From Syntrophomonas sp. UBA4922 (GTDB lineage: Bacteria > Bacillota > Syntrophomonadia > Syntrophomonadales > Syntrophomonadaceae): a stretch of 64,000 nucleotides of DNA. Within the stretch, counting starts at the first letter, position 1. Every line of letters starts with the position of its first letter. This document shows, piece by piece, positions 19,996 through 28,230 of the stretch. The position numbers were made by a program, and so were the translations under genes. The notes under the pieces were generated by a model. It did not search any database, had not been told where the DNA came from, and was given only the letters and a program-made list of their open reading frames with translations. The DNA lies in the NCBI GenBank assembly GCA_002398825.1, contig DHBS01000006.1, positions 65,750 through 129,749 on the forward strand. The letters are read 5' to 3'.

Positions 19996-20574
19996 TTAAG
20001 ATTTGCGTTTGGCATCGGCCAAACGCTCTGCTATCAACAGGGCCGCCTGCCTCAGACTGAGGCTATGATTCATGGCTTCCTTCTGAATAAAATGGTGGGC
20101 TTCACTTTCGCTCCAACCATTCACATCCATGAGCAATCCTTTTACTTTGTCTATCACAATCCGGGTTTCCAACTTTTCCTCGAGTTTCCTGATGCGCGCC
20201 CGCAATTCGCTCTCCCGTTTCCAGTACCATAAAGCCGACTCCACTGCCGGAATGATCTTTTCGCTGCTGACTGGTTTAATAAGGTAATGGCCTTTTCGAT
20301 CCAGGTGCGATATATCATTGTCTACCAGCAGTATCACTGCTGCCAACTGATCCTGGGTCACGATCTCGGCCAGTTTGGAGCCTTTTCCGCCGTCCAGACC
20401 CTTGTCGATTATGATCAAATCGCAGTACAGGGAACGGATCCGCCTCAAGGTGTGGCTGGCGTCACTGGTTTCGGCCATTACCTGGAAACCTGCCCGGCGG
20501 AGAATGTCGGCTATGAGCTTGCGTTCGGCGCTGACTGCACTAGCCACTATAACTTTGCCGCTCAATCGCACCAC
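19996..20574 (-). CDS. Receiver-like plus ANTAR-domain RNA-binding antiterminator
   Basis: 192 aa; C-terminal ANTAR helices (IDKVKGLLMDVNGWSESEAHHFIQKEAMNHSLSLRQAA); N-terminal CheY-like fold; GTG start; 16 nt upstream of glnA. Confidence 0.85.
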   Translation of the reverse strand: MVRLSGKVIVASAVSAERKLIADILRRAGFQVMAETSDASHTLRRIRSLYCDLIIIDKGLDGGKGSKLAEIVTQDQLAAVILLVDNDISHLDRKGHYLIKPVSSEKIIPAVESALWYWKRESELRARIRKLEEKLETRIVIDKVKGLLMDVNGWSESEAHHFIQKEAMNHSLSLRQAALLIAERLADAKRKS

Positions 20575-20715
20575 CTGCCTTTGTTAGTTTCCTCAGGGTT
20601 CAGGACATTAAAAAAGCGCCTCAAGGATATGATTCGCTTTTTTTACCGAGCAACATACCTCGGACGCCATTGTCCGTTATTGCTATTGAGTTATGCCTGT
20701 AATCTTTCCATGGAA

Positions 20716-20744
20716 ATTGTAAACCCATTTAGGCGGCTATTCAA
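20716..20744 (-). promoter_or_regulatory. Candidate sigma-A promoter of the ANTAR-glnA operon (TTGAAT-17-TACAAT)
   Basis: -35 at 20739..20744 and -10 at 20716..20721 on the minus strand, about 140 nt upstream of the start codon. Confidence 0.45.
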
Positions 20745-20944
20745 GGGGTAAAGCTCTTATATATTGTATACTTGGTTTTACGCGTGCAATTCTTTCCTGA
20801 GACAGCGGGGCGCTCAATCCCAGCCCGAATATCCGACAGCGCTAGGTTGCGCTGCCGGGAATGCCTCTGACTGATACCCTTGATGCCGCTAACGCTCTAA
20901 CTTGAACGGTGGCGGCATTGGATCATAAGGAATGATGGCTGCGG

Positions 20945-22774
20945 TTAAAGCTGCAGCTCCACCCGGTAGAGGCGCAGCCAGGCATCGGTCTGGATCAGGT
21001 AGGCCAGCCACTGCACATCTCCCATTAATTGCCCGTACCATGGCTGCCGGAAATACTTGCCCTGAGACTCCAGAATAAGCTTGATCGAGCTCTTTTGCAC
21101 CAATTCCAGGAGCGGGGAAGAGCGGTCATCCAGCAAGGAGCGCATCCGGGAGCGTACCATCTCCGCGTAGAGGGGATGTTCTGTCTTGGGATAAGGGCTT
21201 TTGATCCGATGTAGGGCTCCATCGGGCAGTAAACCCTGTGCAGCCTGGCGCAGGATCCCTTTTACCTCTCCGCCTGCCATTTTCAATTGCCAGGGGATGT
21301 TCCAGACATAATCCACCAGGCGGTGGTCACTGAAGGGCACCCGGATCTCCAGGCCCGAGGCCATACTCATGCGGTCCTTGCGGTTGAGCAGGGTGGGCAT
21401 AAACCGGGTCATGGTCAGGTAAGAAATCCGCTTTTTGAGTGAATCTTCCTCATCTTCGCCAGGCTCCAGGGAAATTTCCGATAATGCCTGGGTATAACGG
21501 TGATCAAGGTATTGCTCCGGCTTGATCAGAGCGGTTATTTCAGGCGAGAGCGTAGCCATACGGTCTTCCAGGTTCTTCATCCAGGGGAAACCCGTTGCGG
21601 AGGGGTGGTGAAACCAGGGATAGCCCCCAAAAATCTCATCGGCGCATTCGCCCGAAAGCGCCACCACATAGTCCTGGCGCATTTCCGTACACAGCAGCAT
21701 CAGGGAGGTATCTATATCGGCCATGCCCGGTAAATCTGTGGCCAGGAGGGCATTGTACAGAGCATAGTACAGATCCCGGGGGTGAACCCGGACCTTGTGA
21801 TGCCTGGTTCCCAGGAACCCGGCAATCTTCTCCGCCCAGAAGGCATCCCCCGCCTCTGCCTGCCTGAGGTTGGCTTCGCTCTGCTCATATTCCACACAGT
21901 AAGTATGCAGCGGCGCCAAATCAGCGGCGGTATGTTTACTGGCCAGGGCGGTTATAAGACTGGAATCCAGGCCGCCGGACAAGAGCGTACAAAGCGGAAC
22001 ATCGGCCGACATCTGCCGCTCGACTATATCCTCCAGGAGACAGCGCAGGTGGGCGGCGGTGGTTTTCGCATCTTCATGATGGGTCCGGTGGTGTAGTTGC
22101 CAATAAGACCCGCTCTTGCTTCCCTCTCGGCTGTAGAGCAGGGCATGGCCGGGTTTCAGCTCGAGAATCCCTTTAAATATGCCATGCCCGGGGGTGCGCC
22201 CCGGCCCCATCACCAGAATCTCGGCCAGCCCTGCGGCGTCGACCTGCGGCCTTATCAAGGGGTTGGCCAGAAGAGCTTTCAATTCCGAAGCAAACAGGAA
22301 TTGATCGTCCTTCTGGCTGTAAAATAAGGGCTTTACCCCCATCCTGTCCCGGGCCATGAACAAAGTCTGTTCATTTTCATCCCAGATGGCGAAAGCGAAT
22401 ATGCCATTAAGTCTTTTCACACAATCCGGGCCCCATTCCAGATAGGAGAGCAAAAGTGCTTCCGTATCGGAATTTCTGGACTGGAATCTATAGCCCCTGG
22501 ATTGCAGTTCCGTCCTCAATTCGGCAGTGTTGTATAATTCTCCATTATAAGTGATCACACCGCTCTTTTGTCGATGTTGTCTCCGCATGGGCTGAGCCCC
22601 TCCGGCAGGGTCAACCACCACCAGGCGGCGGTGGCCCAAAACCGCGTGGGAGGATACCCATATGCCCTGGGCGTCAGGCCCGCGGTGCATCATGGTCTTA
22701 ACCATTTTTTCAACTATAGGCTGTTTGTATTTGTATCCGTCATCCCATCCGATCCAACCGGCGATTCCACACAT
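20945..22774 (-). CDS. asnB: Asparagine synthase (glutamine-hydrolysing)
   Basis: MCGIAGW Ntn start (ATG 22774 after GGGAGG) and SGGLDSS PP-loop; ORF-track start 22813 is 13 codons upstream. Confidence 0.9.
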   Translation of the reverse strand: MCGIAGWIGWDDGYKYKQPIVEKMVKTMMHRGPDAQGIWVSSHAVLGHRRLVVVDPAGGAQPMRRQHRQKSGVITYNGELYNTAELRTELQSRGYRFQSRNSDTEALLLSYLEWGPDCVKRLNGIFAFAIWDENEQTLFMARDRMGVKPLFYSQKDDQFLFASELKALLANPLIRPQVDAAGLAEILVMGPGRTPGHGIFKGILELKPGHALLYSREGSKSGSYWQLHHRTHHEDAKTTAAHLRCLLEDIVERQMSADVPLCTLLSGGLDSSLITALASKHTAADLAPLHTYCVEYEQSEANLRQAEAGDAFWAEKIAGFLGTRHHKVRVHPRDLYYALYNALLATDLPGMADIDTSLMLLCTEMRQDYVVALSGECADEIFGGYPWFHHPSATGFPWMKNLEDRMATLSPEITALIKPEQYLDHRYTQALSEISLEPGEDEEDSLKKRISYLTMTRFMPTLLNRKDRMSMASGLEIRVPFSDHRLVDYVWNIPWQLKMAGGEVKGILRQAAQGLLPDGALHRIKSPYPKTEHPLYAEMVRSRMRSLLDDRSSPLLELVQKSSIKLILESQGKYFRQPWYGQLMGDVQWLAYLIQTDAWLRLYRVELQL

Positions 22775-22801
22775 AAAAAATACCTCCCTATAATTAGCAA
22801 T

Positions 22802-22845
22802 AAAAAAGGGCATGAGGAGCCTTTACAGTTCTCGGCCTCATTGCC
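22802..22845 (-). terminator. Intrinsic terminator inside the asnB 5' leader (attenuator)
   Basis: About 12-bp bulged stem GGCAAUGAGGCC/GGCUCCUCAUGCC followed by CUUUUUUAUU, ending about 27 nt upstream of the asnB ATG. Confidence 0.65.
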
Positions 22846-23086
22846 TAATATAGATTTATGCCAGTATAATAGGGATGTTACCGTTTAGCATGTGTATACT
22901 TGAACAGTTGTGGATACGATCTCGAAAGAAAAACGGTTACCCCTCGTTAAAGTTCCCGGCTATAATTGAATTGAACCAAAATACTGAAGATGATTGCTTG
23001 GCGCCCTATACTTGACTTTAATGCGGATAGCGGAGAATGCGGGAGGCCCTGTAAGCCGTATATAGGACCTGAATGAGGATACTGAC

Positions 23087-24739
23087 ATGAGAGTGACGAT
23101 TGCGCAAATCAATCCTACCGTAGGTGATCTGGAAGGCAACTTCCGGATTATCGAAAAGGCTGTCGCCAGGGCCGGTCTGGATAGCAGTGATCTGGTAGTT
23201 TTTCCCGAACTGACCACCATCGGCTATCCGCCTCAGGATCTCCTGGAACGCCCCTGGTTTGTGGAACAGACCCAGCGCTATCTGGAAAAGGTCGTGGCCC
23301 TGTCAGAACGATATGACGGCCTGGGCATATTGATAGGAACCCCAACCTTCTCCGCGAAGGCCGGCAAATCCCTGCACAATTCGGCAGTGCTGATTTACCG
23401 GGGAGCGGTTCTGGCCGAACGCCACAAGAGCCTGTTGCCCAGTTATGATGTATTCGATGAGACCCGTTATTTTGAACCTGCGGTGCATAACCTGCCGGTC
23501 AACTTCAAAGACCAGCGCCTGGGCATCAACATCTGCGAAGATGCCTGGAATGACCCGGCCTTCTGGCCGGCCCAACTCCCTTACCGCTCCGATCCCATAA
23601 GATTATTGGCCGATGCCGGGGCTACCGTGTTCATCAACCTCTCCGCCTCACCCTTTCATGCCGGCAAAGAAGAGCTGCGCTACCGTCTGATCAGCAATCA
23701 TGCCCAAAGACACAAAATACCTTTTATTTATGTGAATCAGGTAGGCGGCAATGACGAGCTTATTTTCGACGGTCATTCCCTGATCGTGGACGGTCAGGGG
23801 GAGATGCTGGCTTTTGCCGCCGGTTTTAGAGAAGACATCCAGACCTTTAACCTGAATGCCCCGGGGCGCACCTTACTCTACAGCCCCGAGGACGAAATAT
23901 CATCAATATATAACGCTCTGGTATTGGGTTTGAGAGACTATGTTCATAAATCGGGTTTTTCCAAGACGATTCTAGGATTGTCGGGGGGCATCGATTCCAG
24001 CCTGACGGCCTGCCTGGCGGTCGCTGCCCTGGGTCGGGACAATGTCCTGGGTGTGGCCATGCCTTCACAGTTTTCCTCGGCGGCAAGCCTGGAAGACGCC
24101 GAGGCTTTAGCCAGAAACCTGGGTATTAACCTGCATACCATACCCATCACCGGGGTCTTTCAGGCCTATCTGGATACATTGAGCCCTTACTTCAGCGGTT
24201 CTTATGACACTACCGAAGAGAATATACAGGCCCGCATCCGCGGCAATTATCTCATGGCCTTTTCCAACAAATTCGCTTATCTGGTGCTGTCTACCGGCAA
24301 TAAAAGCGAGATCGCCATGGGCTATTGCACTCTCTACGGGGATATGAGCGGGGGCTTGAGCGTACTGGCCGACGTGCCCAAAACCATGGTTTATGAGCTC
24401 TCCAGGTTCTGCAACCGGGATGCCGAACTGATACCGGCCAGGGTTCTGGTCAAAGCCCCTTCGGCGGAACTCAGGTTCAATCAGACCGACCAGGATACCC
24501 TGCCGCCTTATGATATACTGGACCAGATCCTGTATCTCTACATAGAACAGTGTGAGTCCGCTGCCGGGATTATCGCCCGGGGTTTCGATGCGGAGACGGT
24601 CCGGCACATCATTACGGTGGTGGATCGCAATGAGTATAAGCGACGCCAGGCGGCGCCGGGGCTAAAAATCACCAGCAAGGCTTTCGGCACCGGGCGGCGC
24701 ATGCCTATTGTCCAGAGTATCAAGCATCCCCCGAGCTAA
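23087..24739 (+). CDS. nadE: NAD+ synthase (glutamine-hydrolysing)
   Basis: 550 aa; N-terminal nitrilase/CN-hydrolase domain plus C-terminal NAD synthetase domain with SGGIDSS PP-loop. Confidence 0.92.
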   Translation: MRVTIAQINPTVGDLEGNFRIIEKAVARAGLDSSDLVVFPELTTIGYPPQDLLERPWFVEQTQRYLEKVVALSERYDGLGILIGTPTFSAKAGKSLHNSAVLIYRGAVLAERHKSLLPSYDVFDETRYFEPAVHNLPVNFKDQRLGINICEDAWNDPAFWPAQLPYRSDPIRLLADAGATVFINLSASPFHAGKEELRYRLISNHAQRHKIPFIYVNQVGGNDELIFDGHSLIVDGQGEMLAFAAGFREDIQTFNLNAPGRTLLYSPEDEISSIYNALVLGLRDYVHKSGFSKTILGLSGGIDSSLTACLAVAALGRDNVLGVAMPSQFSSAASLEDAEALARNLGINLHTIPITGVFQAYLDTLSPYFSGSYDTTEENIQARIRGNYLMAFSNKFAYLVLSTGNKSEIAMGYCTLYGDMSGGLSVLADVPKTMVYELSRFCNRDAELIPARVLVKAPSAELRFNQTDQDTLPPYDILDQILYLYIEQCESAAGIIARGFDAETVRHIITVVDRNEYKRRQAAPGLKITSKAFGTGRRMPIVQSIKHPPS

Positions 24740-24840
24740 CGTCAGAACCGGGGGACATGCGGCACAGGTTGTCGATATACCGTCTTTTAACAAGGTAAGG
24801 CTGTGCCTCAATCTATATCGTGCGCCTCTTAAAGACCAAA

Positions 24841-24882
24841 CCTGCAGTACGTCGGACACAATCGTCCTCCTGATACTGCAGG
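24841..24882 (+). terminator. Hairpin between convergent nadE and amt (possible terminator)
   Basis: 9-bp stem CCTGCAGTA/TACTGCAGG with 24-nt loop, followed by T-rich TTAAATAAGTTTTAAT. Confidence 0.4.
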
Positions 24883-24961
24883 TTAAATAAGTTTTAATCT
24901 GATTCTTATCTGCCCGCGGGCATCTAGCCGTTATTTGTCCGCTCCCTCCTGAATGATTATA

Positions 24962-26305
24962 TCAACCCGCCACTGCATGGCCTTCCCCGCTCATATCCGC
25001 ATTACTGTAACCGTCCTCACCGTGCAGGGACAGATCCAGACCGGCTTCTTCTTCCTCCTCGCTGACGCGCAGGCTGGTAAATAAGCTGATGGCTTTAAGT
25101 ACGGCATAGGTCATCAAAGCGGCAAAAACATAAGTTGCCACCACCCCAATGCTTTGCACCAGAAGCTGCCCCGGATTGCCGGCCAGAAGACCGTCCATGC
25201 CTGCCGGATTGATGGCTGTGGAGGCGAAGATTCCGGTTGCCAAAGCCCCCCAGGTTCCGCCGACCCCGTGTATGCCGAAAACATCCAGAGCGTCATCGTA
25301 ACCGAACTTCTCTTTCATTTTGCTGACCGCCAGGTAGCATAAAGGTCCTACTACCAAACCCATGGCGATAGCCGATAGAGGACTGACAAAACCCGCCGCC
25401 GGGGTGATGGCGACCAGGCCGGCTACCGCACCGCTGACCGCGCCAAAAACGGTGGGTTTGCCATGATGCAGCCATTCCGCCGCCACCCAGGATAAGGCTC
25501 CGGCAGCAGTGCAGGTGTTGGTCACCAGGAAGGCCAGGGCCGCCACCCCATTGGCGGACAGGGCGCTGCCGGCATTAAACCCGAACCAGCCGAACCACAG
25601 CAATCCTGCGCCCAGAACGGTCAAGGGCATATTGTGAGGACGGATGGCCTCTCGCTCCTTGCCGAGGCGCTTGCCCAGCACCAGAGCCGCCACCAGGCCG
25701 GACACCCCAGAACTGATGTGTACCACAGTGCCTCCGGCAAAGTCCATGATGCCCAATTGGCCCAGCCAGCCGCCTCCCCATACCCAGTGGGCCAGGGGAT
25801 CATATATCAAGGTGGTCCACAGCAGGATGAAGACCACGAAGACCGAGAATTTCATCCTCTCCGCGAAAGCCCCGGTTATAAGGGCCGCAGTTATGATGGC
25901 GAACATTAGCTGGAAGCCGGCAAAGGCCAGATGAGGAATGGGTACTGTGTCTGATAAGGCCTCCAGACCGATGTTGCCAAAGCCTAAGAAGTCCAAACCC
26001 CCTATTAAGGTGCCATGATCAGGCCCGAAGGATAAAGTATAGCCCAGGAGTATCCATTGTATCGATACCAGGGCCATGGCTGCCAGGCATTGCATCAAGA
26101 TACTGAGTATGTTCTTGCTGCGCACCATGCCGCCGTAGAACATGGCCAGGCCCGGGGTCATCAACAACACCAGGGCGGCGCAGATGAGGATAAAACCGGT
26201 ATCCCCTGCACTTATGCTGACCTCTTCAGCAGCCAGGGCCGGTCTGCTTGCCAAGAGGGTGATGGCCAGGGTCACTGCGCCAAGTGATAGTTTTAATGAT
26301 CTCAT
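24962..26305 (-). CDS. amt: Ammonium transporter (Amt family)
   Basis: 447-aa polytopic protein with Amt signature (DFAGGTVVHISSG) and an N-terminal signal-like segment. Confidence 0.93.
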   Translation of the reverse strand: MRSLKLSLGAVTLAITLLASRPALAAEEVSISAGDTGFILICAALVLLMTPGLAMFYGGMVRSKNILSILMQCLAAMALVSIQWILLGYTLSFGPDHGTLIGGLDFLGFGNIGLEALSDTVPIPHLAFAGFQLMFAIITAALITGAFAERMKFSVFVVFILLWTTLIYDPLAHWVWGGGWLGQLGIMDFAGGTVVHISSGVSGLVAALVLGKRLGKEREAIRPHNMPLTVLGAGLLWFGWFGFNAGSALSANGVAALAFLVTNTCTAAGALSWVAAEWLHHGKPTVFGAVSGAVAGLVAITPAAGFVSPLSAIAMGLVVGPLCYLAVSKMKEKFGYDDALDVFGIHGVGGTWGALATGIFASTAINPAGMDGLLAGNPGQLLVQSIGVVATYVFAALMTYAVLKAISLFTSLRVSEEEEEAGLDLSLHGEDGYSNADMSGEGHAVAG

Positions 26306-26387
26306 AATTTAAAACCTCCTAAATCGGGCTGTCAATACAGCCTAAAAATTTGCGCAGGCCCCCTTTGGCCTGTAATAAAATACCTGT

Positions 26388-26726
26388 TTACAGAGCCGCA
26401 TCGCCGCGTTCGCCGCTGCTGATGCGTATGATTTCTTCCACCGGATAAACAAAGATTTTTCCGTCACCAATCGCCCCGGTACGGCAGGTCTCCATGATGG
26501 CATCGACGATCCTCTCCTGCCAGTGATCCCGGCAGATGACCTCCACCTTTACTTTGGGGAAGAGGTCTACGGATACTTCCTGGCCGCGGTAGTATTGCTT
26601 GACATTTTGCTGCAGCCCCCGGCCCATCACATTGTAAACCGTCATGCCGCGCACCTCCATTTTATTGAGCACTGCTTTAAGTTCCTCCAGCTTGCTGGGT
26701 CTGATAATGGCCTCAATCTTTTTCAT
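26388..26726 (-). CDS. glnK: P-II nitrogen regulatory protein
   Basis: 112 aa from ATG 26726 (AAGGAGG RBS): MKKIEAIIRPSKL...GDGKIFVYPVEEIIRI; adjacent to amt; ORF-track start 26828 is upstream. Confidence 0.9.
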   Translation of the reverse strand: MKKIEAIIRPSKLEELKAVLNKMEVRGMTVYNVMGRGLQQNVKQYYRGQEVSVDLFPKVKVEVICRDHWQERIVDAIMETCRTGAIGDGKIFVYPVEEIIRISSGERGDAAL

Positions 26727-26804
26727 TTTTTCACCTCCTTTCAATAGCAAAGGCCCTGAAACCCAATTAGGGGTTATCAGCGCCGTTGCTGCAGTAAAGT
26801 CTAT

Positions 26805-26845
26805 AGAAAAACAGAGGCCCTCTGTCACCTTGGACAGAGGGCCCC
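26805..26845 (-). terminator. Intrinsic terminator after carA
   Basis: 11-bp stem GGCCCUCUGUC/GACAGAGGGCC, 6-nt loop, then UCUGUUUUUCU on the minus strand. Confidence 0.8.
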
Positions 26846-26863
26846 ATTGCCCTATGAATATAT

Positions 26864-27979
26864 TCAGCCTATATGCCGAATTAAAAGCTTATCATGATTG
26901 CGTTTATAAGCATCTATTTGCGCCACGAATTCATCCATCAGGAACTTGGTGTCAAGGGGGCCCGGGGCGGCTTCGGGATGAAACTGCACCGACATGGCCG
27001 GCAGCTCCCGGTGTATCAAACCCTCCACCGTGTTGTCATTGAGGTTGCTAAAGACCACCCGGACCGCTTTATCATGGAGTGAATCCGCTTCCACTGTGTA
27101 GCCATGGTTCTGTGAGGTCATATAGACCTTGCCGCTGCGCAGGTCTTTCACCGGTTGATTGGCTCCCCGGTGGCCGAATACCATCTTGCTGGTTTTCCCC
27201 CCCAGCGCCAGGCTCAAGAGCTGGTGTCCCAGGCAGATGCCGAATATGGGTATGTTGCCCAGGAGCTGGCGGATAGTCGCAACGGCAAAACCGCAGTCGG
27301 CCGGGTCGCCAGGGCCGTTGGACAATACGATCCCATCCGGTTCCAGGTCCAGGATAGTCCGGGCCGAAGTCTGGGCCGGCACCACAATTACCTGACACTT
27401 TCTCGCCGCCAGAGAGGTGATGATGCTCCGCTTGACTCCGTAATCGATCAAAACCACCCGCCTCGGACCTGAACCTACCATCTTCATCTCCGGTCTGGTC
27501 ACCCGGCCTACGTAGCCCCCCGGGGGAGGAGTCAAGCGGCTGGCCTCTCTTTGCAGGCCGGCGAGGTCGTCCAGCCTGGAGGTGATGATGCCGCCCATGG
27601 TGCCTCGCACCCGCAGGATTCTGGTCAGGGCTCTGGTATCGATGCCCTGCAAACACGGGATCTCGTTGGTATGGAGATAATCCACCAGGGACATCTGTTG
27701 TTCATAATGCTCCGAACCGTTGCAGAGTTGATTCACCACCAGACCCTCCAGCCAGGAACGCTGGGATTCCATATTGTTCAGGTTAAAGCCGTGATTGCCG
27801 ATCAATGGATACGTCATGACCACAATCTGCCCGGCGTAGGAGGGGTCGGTTATAATCTGCTCATATCCCACCATGCTGGTATTGAATACCACCTCACCCG
27901 AGCGGGGGCCCGTTCCCAGCAATTCTCCGCTAAAGACCATGCCATTTTCCAGTACCAGATAACCGGGATTGGTCTTCAT
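26864..27979 (-). CDS. carA: Carbamoyl-phosphate synthase small (glutaminase) subunit
   Basis: 371 aa; triad region GICLGHQ and HPE; no carB on either side. Confidence 0.9.
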   Translation of the reverse strand: MKTNPGYLVLENGMVFSGELLGTGPRSGEVVFNTSMVGYEQIITDPSYAGQIVVMTYPLIGNHGFNLNNMESQRSWLEGLVVNQLCNGSEHYEQQMSLVDYLHTNEIPCLQGIDTRALTRILRVRGTMGGIITSRLDDLAGLQREASRLTPPPGGYVGRVTRPEMKMVGSGPRRVVLIDYGVKRSIITSLAARKCQVIVVPAQTSARTILDLEPDGIVLSNGPGDPADCGFAVATIRQLLGNIPIFGICLGHQLLSLALGGKTSKMVFGHRGANQPVKDLRSGKVYMTSQNHGYTVEADSLHDKAVRVVFSNLNDNTVEGLIHRELPAMSVQFHPEAAPGPLDTKFLMDEFVAQIDAYKRNHDKLLIRHIG

Positions 27980-28018
27980 GATTTTTTGCCTCCATCCTGG
28001 GCAACTGTAGATGCCCGC

Positions 28019-28059
28019 AAAAAAAAACGCCCTTAGTGATGCGTTGTCACTTTGGCGTC
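28019..28059 (-). terminator. Intrinsic terminator in the carA 5' leader (attenuator)
   Basis: ACGCC-AA-AGUGA-(CAACGCA)-UCACU-AAG-GGCGU followed by U9, about 40 nt upstream of the carA ATG and downstream of a good promoter. Confidence 0.7.
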
Positions 28060-28092
28060 ATTGCCATGTGCTTAATTTTATTTTCGTATTAC

Positions 28093-28120
28093 AGTATAGC
28101 AGGAATTTATTAATCTGCAA
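28093..28120 (-). promoter_or_regulatory. Candidate sigma-A promoter for carA (TTGCAG-16-TATACT)
   Basis: -35 at 28115..28120 and -10 at 28093..28098 on the minus strand. Confidence 0.55.
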
Positions 28121-28202
28121 CCCATAGCGGCTGCTAATACTGTATACTTATTCCTCCGGGCTTATTGCTATGACTGATCATGTTCCCCGGGTGTGGCTGT
28201 GC

Positions 28203-28225
28203 AAGGCATGGGCGTTCCATGCCTT
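28203..28225. terminator. Hairpin directly after the Spx/ArsC-family gene
   Basis: 9-bp stem AAGGCATGG/CCATGCCTT with 5-nt loop; the T-run lies on the plus-strand side and only an A-run on the minus-strand side, so directionality is ambiguous. Confidence 0.5.
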
Positions 28226-28230
28226 TTTGT

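Noticed and set aside
22920-22950. T-box riboswitch in the asnB leader, suggested by GAGGGGUAACCGU, which resembles the GGUGGUACCGCG core
   Set aside because: The match is poor. It also lies about 100 nt upstream of the terminator rather than forming the antiterminator bulge next to it, and no specifier-loop architecture was recognisable.
27980-28120. PyrR-type or glutamine-riboswitch control of the carA leader
   Set aside because: No PyrR binding loop (ARUCCAGAGAGGYU-like) and no glnA-RNA core sequences are visible. The leader is also very short. The regulator is left unknown.
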